Shown: piece after piece, positions 7,692-14,417 of the stretch
Layout: the number at the start of each line of letters is the position of its first letter
Numbering within the stretch: the stretch's first letter is position 1
Source of the DNA: Elainellaceae cyanobacterium
GTDB lineage: Bacteria > Cyanobacteriota > Cyanobacteriia > CAZCXK01
Assembly: GCA_051117555.1 (NCBI GenBank)
Contig: JBNPEG010000239.1
Span: forward strand, 1-16,921
Reading direction: 5' to 3'
Length of the DNA stretch: 16,921 nt
Program-made: the position numbers and the translations under genes
The notes under the pieces: model-generated
Databases searched by the model: none
Told to the model about the DNA's origin: nothing
What the model saw: only the letters and a program-made list of their open reading frames with translations

Positions 7692-9004
7692 TTCCTGCTG
7701 CTCGACTGTATGGATTGTTAATGATTGGCATCGCGATCGCTGGCGTAGTGGCGGCGATTTTGCCGTCTTCGATTCAGTTAATCGGCGCGGTAGGCAGTGT
7801 CGTGCTGTATGACGGTGTTGTGTTGGCGATCGCCGGGTGGGACGCTCGACGGGTTAGATCCAACAAGGTTAGTGTCAGCCGCCTGCCGCTTCAGCGGTTT
7901 TCGATTAACCGAGACAATCCGGTTGCCCTTTCTGTCGAAACTAGAACCGCTGCAACCCTTCAAATTCGAGACGGATATCCGAGCGATTTCAGCGTTTCCG
8001 TTCCCACTTTCAAGACCTCGCTTCCTCCGTCCAGCGTCAATGATCTGACCTATACGGTGCGCCCAACTCACAGAGGCGAATTTAAATGGACCGATATTCA
8101 TGTGCGCCAGTTAGGGGCATGGGGACTGGCGTGGCATCAGTGGGCGGTGCCCCAGGTTGAAGCGGTGAGCGTCTATCCCGACCTAGTTGGGCTACGAGAA
8201 CTGACCATTCGCCTCACGCTTCAATCGGCAGGTACGATTCGCCAAGCCCGCCGGCAGGGAATGGGTACAGAATTCGCTGAACTGCGAGACTACGCCACAG
8301 GTGATGACCCCCGCTTAATCGATTGGAAAGCCACAGCCCGACGTAATCGTCCGCTCGTTCAAGTGCTCGAACCAGAACACGAACAAACACTAATGATTTT
8401 GCTCGATCGCGGACGGTTGATGACGGCTCGCGTACAAGAGCTATCCCGATTTGACTGGGGGCTGAATGCCGCTCTATCGTTAGCAATGGCAGGACTTCAT
8501 CGGGGCGATCGCGTTGGAGTCGGGATCTTTGATCGCACCCTACATCGGTGGATTCCGCCTGAGCGAGGACAGCATCACCTTTCTCACCTCATCGAAACGC
8601 TTGCGCCCGTTCAGCCTGTTTTGCTAGAACCCGACTATCGTGGGGCATTAACAACAGTAGTCACTCGGCAAACTCGTCGAGCATTGATCGTGGTTATTAC
8701 GGATATCGTTGATCCAACGGCGTCAATTGAATTGCTAACAGCCCTCAGGCAACTCGCTCCCCGACATTTACCGTTTTGTGTGACCTTGCGCGACCCAGAG
8801 GTCGATCAGCAAGCCAGTCGGCTCAGTCGTGATGTCACATCTGCATATCGGCAAGCCGTTGCTTTAGATCTACTACACCAGCGTCAAGTCGCATTCGCAG
8901 AACTCCGACGCAAAGGAGTGCTGGTACTCGATGCGCCAGCCAACCAAATCTCAGATCAGCTCGTTGAGCAGTACTTGCAGCTTAAAGCACGCAATCGCCT
9001 ATAG
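7688..9004 (+). CDS. DUF58 domain protein (vWA-like MoxR partner) with N-terminal TM helices
   Basis: EFAELRDYATGDDPRLIDWKATAR signature, ILLDRGRLM, GDRVGV, VVITD. ATGA overlap with the moxR stop. Confidence 0.93.
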   Translation: MIPAARLYGLLMIGIAIAGVVAAILPSSIQLIGAVGSVVLYDGVVLAIAGWDARRVRSNKVSVSRLPLQRFSINRDNPVALSVETRTAATLQIRDGYPSDFSVSVPTFKTSLPPSSVNDLTYTVRPTHRGEFKWTDIHVRQLGAWGLAWHQWAVPQVEAVSVYPDLVGLRELTIRLTLQSAGTIRQARRQGMGTEFAELRDYATGDDPRLIDWKATARRNRPLVQVLEPEHEQTLMILLDRGRLMTARVQELSRFDWGLNAALSLAMAGLHRGDRVGVGIFDRTLHRWIPPERGQHHLSHLIETLAPVQPVLLEPDYRGALTTVVTRQTRRALIVVITDIVDPTASIELLTALRQLAPRHLPFCVTLRDPEVDQQASRLSRDVTSAYRQAVALDLLHQRQVAFAELRRKGVLVLDAPANQISDQLVEQYLQLKARNRL

Positions 9005-9119
9005 CTGTCGCCTATAACTATCGAATGATATTCCTGAAGTTCTTTCGTCTGAGGGAGGTCAAACTATGTAATCTTTTTTAAGGTGTAAGTAGTTGGCAGA
9101 CGCAACAAGGAGGCTTAGC

Positions 9120-9464
9120 TTGAGTACACAAGAGCCGATTAGACAACCCTTACAACCTGAAGATATTACTCCGGAAGAAAAGGCAGCTCAAAAAGCCGAG
9201 GTTGAGAATAATCCTGACCTGACACTAAATCCGGGCGATCGCGTCCCCGATGAGCCTCAGAGTCTAGAAGAAAAGGCTCATCAGGTTGCAGTAAACGCCC
9301 CTGACATTACAGGCGACCACATCGTTGTGCCGACCTACTTCGTAGTTGAAGATCAGGAAAGTGACGAGAAAGAGGCACTTCACCACGTTAGAGATGCAGA
9401 AGAAATTTCTGATGTGATTCGTCAAGCCAGAACGGATGAAAGTGGCGATCGCAAGTGGTGGTAA
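9120..9464 (+). CDS. Acidic, hydrophilic hypothetical protein (114 aa)
   Basis: Strong RBS AAGGAGG (9107-9113) 6 nt before TTG at 9120. Protein-like composition and a terminator right after. Confidence 0.8.
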   Translation: MSTQEPIRQPLQPEDITPEEKAAQKAEVENNPDLTLNPGDRVPDEPQSLEEKAHQVAVNAPDITGDHIVVPTYFVVEDQESDEKEALHHVRDAEEISDVIRQARTDESGDRKWW

Positions 9465-9490
9465 TCCTTGCATACCGGTGATACGTCCAT

Positions 9491-9523
9491 GCCCTTGATA
9501 GTTGATATCGAGGGCTACTTTTT
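9491..9523 (+). terminator. Rho-independent terminator
   Basis: Stem gcccttgata(9491-9500)/tatcgagggc(9506-9515) with one G-U pair, 5-nt loop, then tacttttt; 26 nt after the stop. Confidence 0.75.
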
Positions 9524-9574
9524 ATAGGGTTTCTCTACACAAGTAATGACTTTACCACCTCTATGGGCACGGCC

Positions 9575-9604
9575 TCTCTCCTCAGACAGATACCTCAGGA
9601 TAGA
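9575..9604. promoter_or_regulatory. Tandem 16-bp dyads, candidate transcription-factor operator
   Basis: TCTCTCCTCAGACAGA (9575-9590) and GATACCTCAGGATAGA (9589-9604) upstream of the YbhB/YbcL gene. Related copies at 9044-9059 and 11166-11181. Confidence 0.4.
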
Positions 9605-9675
9605 TTTCCAGAGTCACGATCTAGTCTAAGGTTAGCTACTAACGCGCAGTGTAAGGATTGAAAGGATTTATCAGG

Positions 9676-10137
9676 ATGCACCTTCATAGTCCTGCTTTTT
9701 TTATCGGGGGTAATATTCCATTTGAGTACACCTGCGATGGTGATAATATTTCTCCTCCCCTTTACTGGGATACTCCCCCCAACGGCGTCGAGAGCTTTGT
9801 TTTGATTTTTGAAGATCCAGACGCTCCAACCCAAACATTTACCCACTGGTTGATTTATAATCTTTCTCCAACCTTAACCCAGCTCACAAAAAACATTCCC
9901 AAGCGCCCTACTCTGGCTAAGGGGGGTATGCAAGGCACCAATGATTTCGATCAGGTCGGCTATGGAGGCCCTTGCCCTCCCGAAGGGACCCATCGCTACA
10001 TATTTAAGCTGTATGCCTTGGATGACATGCTATCTCTGTCGCCAGGTGCTACTAAGGCAGATGTGCTCGCCAAAATGGACGGACGTGTCTTAGATGCTGC
10101 CGAGCTTATGGGGCGGTATACAAGACAATCTGTTTAG
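9676..10137 (+). CDS. YbhB/YbcL family Raf kinase inhibitor-like (PEBP) protein
   Basis: YTCDGDNISPPLYW, EDPDAP, FTHW, GTNDF...GYGGPCPP.GTHRY.FKLYALD. No signal peptide. ATG 9676 preferred over TTG 9658. Confidence 0.95.
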   Translation: MHLHSPAFFIGGNIPFEYTCDGDNISPPLYWDTPPNGVESFVLIFEDPDAPTQTFTHWLIYNLSPTLTQLTKNIPKRPTLAKGGMQGTNDFDQVGYGGPCPPEGTHRYIFKLYALDDMLSLSPGATKADVLAKMDGRVLDAAELMGRYTRQSV

Positions 10138-10198
10138 CTGGATGTCGCGTTGAATGAGCCGAATAAGCCGCAACCCAGGTCTATATCTCTTAATCACT

Positions 10199-10531
10199 AT
10201 GACAGCCGAACAGCCTCCTAAGCCACTTGAAGATATTTTGTCTGACGCTGATCAGCCTATATTGGTTGTTTTTGATGCGCCCTGGTGTGGCCCGTCTCAT
10301 CTGATGGATTCGACTCTCGAACAGGTTGATGCTCGACTGGGCGATCGCCTGCAAGTCGTCAGAATCGATAGTGAGGCCAATCCAGAGGTAGCGTCTCGCT
10401 ACCAAGCGCACGCTCTCCCAACCTTCATCTTGTTTAAGCAGGGTCAACCCGTAAAGCGGATCGAAAAAGAACACACAGAGGAGTTGATACCCGCCGATCA
10501 GCTGATTGATCGCTTGGCACCGTTCATGTAA
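10199..10531 (+). CDS. Atypical monothiol thioredoxin-family protein (WCGPS)
   Basis: Thioredoxin fold motifs PILVVFDAPWCGPS, VVRID, cis-Pro ALPTFILFKQGQPV. Only one Cys in the protein. Confidence 0.88.
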   Translation: MTAEQPPKPLEDILSDADQPILVVFDAPWCGPSHLMDSTLEQVDARLGDRLQVVRIDSEANPEVASRYQAHALPTFILFKQGQPVKRIEKEHTEELIPADQLIDRLAPFM

Positions 10532-10676
10532 AGCACTCCCTGTAAGGCACATTGCTATTCAATCGCTTGGAATCCCGATGCGATTATTCGGATTACGATG
10601 CATAAGGCTTCGGGATGCACTAGCACTGTGCGATCGCTGGGAGATCCCAAGCGAATTATTCAGAGATTGCTTTACA
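10527..10676. repeat. 150-bp degenerate long inverted repeat between convergent genes
   Basis: 10527-10542 vs reverse complement of 10661-10676: 14/16 identical. Inner arms tcgcttgg(10563-70)/ccaagcga(10647-54) and atcccga(10572-78)/tcgggat(10610-16). Confidence 0.55.
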
Positions 10677-10736
10677 CCGTTTGCGAGATGTTCTTCACAC
10701 GGTCACTGTGAGTGATGGAAAAGCAGGTGTTTTAAG

Positions 10737-11096
10737 TTAATCAGACAATGTACCATCCGGCATGATAGCTCTGCGGAGATTCGCATCACTCAAATCTGCA
10801 TCAGTCAAATCGGCTGACTGCAAATTAGATCCACCCAGATCGGCTTTATACAGCATTGCACCCTGTAGATTTGCACCGATCAGCTCTGCATTGGTGAGAT
10901 AAGCCGTACTTAGGTTCGCACCACTCAGGTTCGCGTTTTTTAGGGTTGCACCATTCAAATCTGCCTTGCTCAGGTTGGCGCCGCTCAAATTTACGTCGTT
11001 GAGCCAGGCGTGAACAAGATTAGCTCGACTGAGATCAATTGCAGGAAAATTCCTTTCGCCATCGGCATACCGACCTAAAAACTCGTTAACATTCAT
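10737..11096 (-). CDS. Pentapeptide repeat protein
   Basis: Y..GERNF N-cap, A(N/D)LXX repeats, AIMPDG C-cap. GGAGGAG RBS at 11101-11107 (minus strand). Confidence 0.95.
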   Translation of the reverse strand: MNVNEFLGRYADGERNFPAIDLSRANLVHAWLNDVNLSGANLSKADLNGATLKNANLSGANLSTAYLTNAELIGANLQGAMLYKADLGGSNLQSADLTDADLSDANLRRAIMPDGTLSD

Positions 11097-11243
11097 ACTG
11101 CTCCTCCGTGTCTGCTGTATCAGACGAGTCTAATCCAGACTAAACTCCACGGATGAACTGTATCTCCTGTCTGAAGGTCGAGATTAGTATATTTCTTGAG
11201 GCGCAATTAGAGTGAATACGGTTAACTTCCTGTGCTTCGTCCA

Positions 11244-11438
11244 CTACAGTCGCAAGGGCTTAAGCAATAGCCACCCCAGGAACAGCGCACACGCAATCGC
11301 TAATTGAACTAGATGGGCGATCGAGACAGGCTCTTTAAGCCATACCACAATTGCCCGATCTGCGACACCGAATAACCACAATAACGTCGTTATCACCCAA
11401 ATTCGAGTCTTAAGACTTGGCTTATCATTGTGAAACAC
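11244..11438 (-). CDS. Small two-TM membrane protein (64 aa), hypothetical
   Basis: GTG start after AAAGGTAGGA. Two hydrophobic helices around FGVADR, ending WLLLKP; resembles a recalled family of small cyanobacterial hypothetical proteins. Confidence 0.7.
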   Translation of the reverse strand: MFHNDKPSLKTRIWVITTLLWLFGVADRAIVVWLKEPVSIAHLVQLAIACALFLGWLLLKPLRL

Positions 11439-11764
11439 TGAGTCCTACCTTTAGCGATAATGCTATGGCATTAGCGAAACATTAGTTAATAAAAGTTGCT
11501 TCCCTTCTAACAGAAACGTGCGTTTCATTAACTCTATCTTAAGGAATGTTCTTAGTGACTCAACTCAAATCCATCGCGACCCTTGGATGCGCATCAATCG
11601 TATCAGACGTGATAGTTCGCTAAGGATTATGACTTTCGATGGTTATCTGGGTTCCCAAAAGTCTTTACAGTGCTCAATGTAGTCTGTGTAGCAGTAGGAT
11701 TAGTTCGAATAGTACTTCCATCCCAAATTTTCGTTTGCGATCGCCATGATGGCACGATGACGTG

Positions 11765-11792
11765 TAAATGCCATCAGATAAATGCCATCAGA
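11765..11792. repeat. Perfect 14-bp tandem duplication (TAAATGCCATCAGA x2)
   Basis: 11765-11778 is identical to 11779-11792, about 120 bp upstream of the GH13 start. Confidence 0.85.
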
Positions 11793-11912
11793 AGCTATCT
11801 GGCTAACGCTATAGCGCAAATCATTGCGTGTGATATAGCTCAACACTTTGATATCGATTTACTATCAGTACCGAGTCGAACTACGCAGTGAACTATCCAT
11901 GATTGAGTATCT

Positions 11913-13580
11913 ATGATGAAGCACGAGTGGTGGCACAATGCGGTAATCTATCAAATCTCTCCTTGGAGCTTTAGAGACACAACAGAGAACGGCAAGGGAG
12001 ATTTAGAAGGAATTATTGAAGCACTTGATTATGTGGCTGCTTTAGGAATAGATGCAATTTGGCTCACGCCAATCTTTCAATCTCCGATGAATGATCTGGC
12101 ATACGATATCACCGACATGCGGAAGATTGATCCCATGTTCGGGACGTTGCAAGACTTTGCTCGGCTGCTCAATATTGCTCATGCCCTCGACATGAAGGTC
12201 ATGATTGACCAAGTTTGGAATCACACATCGGATCAGCATCCTTGGTTTCAAGAAAGTCGCAGTAGTCGAGATAATCCTAAAGCGGATTGGTATGTTTGGG
12301 CTGACCCGAAAGAAGATGGCTCGCCTCCTAACAACTGGTTATCAGCGTTTATGGGCGAAAGCGCATGGCAATGGGCGCCCGAACGCCAACAGTTTTATTT
12401 CTACAATTTCCTTCCTAGCCAGCCCGACTTAAATTGGCATAATCCTGACGTTGTTCAGGCGATTATTCAACGTGCAACCTTCTGGTTAGAACTCGGTGTT
12501 GATGGGTTTCGCCTCGATGCGCCTAATTTTCTCTTGCATGATCCGCAGCTTCGAGACAACCCTACCCGCCCTGATGATGCTCCACTGCCAGATGGCGTCG
12601 CGCCCGACAATCCGATTGTGCGGCAGTTGTTTAAATACAACTTTTGTCGACCTGAGATTCTCGACGCACTCAAACCTATTCGCGACTTAGTCGATCAATA
12701 TCCTGGTGTCGCAACGCTCGCTGAGGTAACCTTTTGCGAAGACTCGATTCAACTGTCTAGCGAATATGTAGGACCCGGCAAAGCTCATCTTGCTTATAAC
12801 AGTGCGCTCTTGGTCGATGAACCCATTAGCCCAACGCTCATGCGAAATACGCTCACAAAGGTTCTTCAATATTTTCCGGATGGTGGCAACTGCTGGATTG
12901 TCGGAAATCACGACTATGGACGATTTAAGTCGTGCTGGACGGGTGCAGATGCAACCGGAAAGCCGTATCCGGAAGAATTTTACCATCTTGCCGCTGCGAT
13001 GCTGCTATCGCTGCCAGGCGCATTCTGCCTCTATCAAGGCGATGAGCTGGGCTTGCCCGAAGCATCAATTCCAGAAGATATTCCGCCCGAAGAAATCAAA
13101 GACCCATTCGGTAAAGCGCTATATCCGGATGTCCCAGGTCGAGATGGATCTCGAACCCCGATGCCCTGGAAAGCCCATGTTGCCCATGCGGGCTTTACGA
13201 TGGCTCAGTGGTCTTGGTTGCCGATTCCCGATAGCCACATAGAGCTTGCCGTCGATAAGCAGCATCCCGATCCGAATTCGTTGTTAAACACATGGCGACG
13301 GTTAATCCATTGGCGAAAGCATCAACCTGCATTGGTAGAAGGACGGCATGACTGCGACGTTCTAGATACCGATGATCCGGTGTTTGGGTTTATTCGCAGA
13401 TCCAAACACCAGCAGCTATTGTGTTTGTTCAACTTCAGCGATGCTCCAATTCGATATGATCTACCGACCGACAGCAATTGCCAACAAGTTGAGGGATCAG
13501 GATTTGAGACAGACTATGATGCGAAAGCGGTTAAACTGCCAGCATATGGGGTCTTTTTTGCTAATCTCTCGCCCCGCTGA
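11913..13580 (+). CDS. GH13 alpha-glucosidase / oligo-1,6-glucosidase-like protein
   Basis: WW..AVIYQI.P.SF.D, NHTSDQHPWF, QPDLNW, nucleophile DGFRLDA, acid/base LAEV, GNHD, YQGDELG, RDGSRTPMPW. Confidence 0.93.
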   Translation: MMKHEWWHNAVIYQISPWSFRDTTENGKGDLEGIIEALDYVAALGIDAIWLTPIFQSPMNDLAYDITDMRKIDPMFGTLQDFARLLNIAHALDMKVMIDQVWNHTSDQHPWFQESRSSRDNPKADWYVWADPKEDGSPPNNWLSAFMGESAWQWAPERQQFYFYNFLPSQPDLNWHNPDVVQAIIQRATFWLELGVDGFRLDAPNFLLHDPQLRDNPTRPDDAPLPDGVAPDNPIVRQLFKYNFCRPEILDALKPIRDLVDQYPGVATLAEVTFCEDSIQLSSEYVGPGKAHLAYNSALLVDEPISPTLMRNTLTKVLQYFPDGGNCWIVGNHDYGRFKSCWTGADATGKPYPEEFYHLAAAMLLSLPGAFCLYQGDELGLPEASIPEDIPPEEIKDPFGKALYPDVPGRDGSRTPMPWKAHVAHAGFTMAQWSWLPIPDSHIELAVDKQHPDPNSLLNTWRRLIHWRKHQPALVEGRHDCDVLDTDDPVFGFIRRSKHQQLLCLFNFSDAPIRYDLPTDSNCQQVEGSGFETDYDAKAVKLPAYGVFFANLSPR

Positions 13581-13664
13581 TGAGGGCGATCGCACCCACC
13601 ACGTCAAGACACCGATCTCGGTCACTACACCTAATCCCGAGTTTGCCTAAATTTTGCCCTCAAT

Positions 13665-14387
13665 CTATCCAGATGGAACCTCAGAAGAGTTGTCAAGGGG
13701 CAATAAGCTGGCGTCAAACTCTAAGCTGTCGAGCACGGTTTCAGCCGCTGGCCAGTATGCATCGGCCATTTCAGATGGATACAGCAACGTCACCTGCACG
13801 GCCTGTCCATTGGTTTGACCAATCAAAATATGGCCTGACTGCTCAAAGTCGGTGCTGATATCAAACACCATCTCAAACCAGGGATAGGGAAATTCTGATG
13901 CCGTATCGGCCCGAGAGCCATCCAATGTCCAGCCATTGTTTTCGATGAGACCGTTGGCTCCCGTAATCATGGGCATCAGGTCACTGGTTGAAGAGGCTCC
14001 TGACGGCAGAAAAACATGGACTTCTGCGTCGTCGAGGGCATTGCCCTGAGGTTTGAAGGTGAAGAACACTCCCACGCCTTCTCCACTGCCACTGCTAGAG
14101 ACTTCCATCGTGTCAGGATATTGAGCCGTCACTGGCACATTGGTTTCCGGCCCGTTGTAGGTCAGTAGAGTAGACTGCGGCTCGGAGGTTTCAGAAGAAA
14201 GTTCCGAGGTTTCAGTTGCACTATCAGGTGTCTCAGTTGCAGGTTGCTCGGTGCTGGATTCTGGTGAAACAGCGTCTCCAGAATCGGACGGTTGAGATGT
14301 GCAGGCGATACCAGTGACAAGAACTAGACTGGCGATCGCCCCACTCGAAATCAAATGTTTTGTTCTCATATGGGTGTTGTCGATCAT
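13665..14387 (-). CDS. Hypothetical lipoprotein
   Basis: Basic N-region, hydrophobic core and lipobox GIAC; then an S/T/E/P-rich linker and a ~170-aa globular domain. Alternative start at 14369. Confidence 0.82.
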   Translation of the reverse strand: MIDNTHMRTKHLISSGAIASLVLVTGIACTSQPSDSGDAVSPESSTEQPATETPDSATETSELSSETSEPQSTLLTYNGPETNVPVTAQYPDTMEVSSSGSGEGVGVFFTFKPQGNALDDAEVHVFLPSGASSTSDLMPMITGANGLIENNGWTLDGSRADTASEFPYPWFEMVFDISTDFEQSGHILIGQTNGQAVQVTLLYPSEMADAYWPAAETVLDSLEFDASLLPLDNSSEVPSG

Positions 14388-14417
14388 GCGAATCGTTTCC
14401 TCAAAACACAGTTCTCC

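Noticed and set aside
6714..9004. MoxR/vWA pair as an anti-phage system
   Set aside because: The context is the common DUF58/DUF4350/DUF4129 membrane type, with no nuclease or other effector domain.
10506..10715. 69-aa ORF over the fold-back region, and the 73-aa ORF at 11670-11891
   Set aside because: No clear RBS, atypical composition, and overlap with repeat or promoter DNA.
11745..13585. HIP1-free stretch over the GH13 gene as a sign of horizontal transfer
   Set aside because: At about 1.4 sites/kb a 1.8-kb gap is not rare, and other gaps over 1.4 kb occur in the window.
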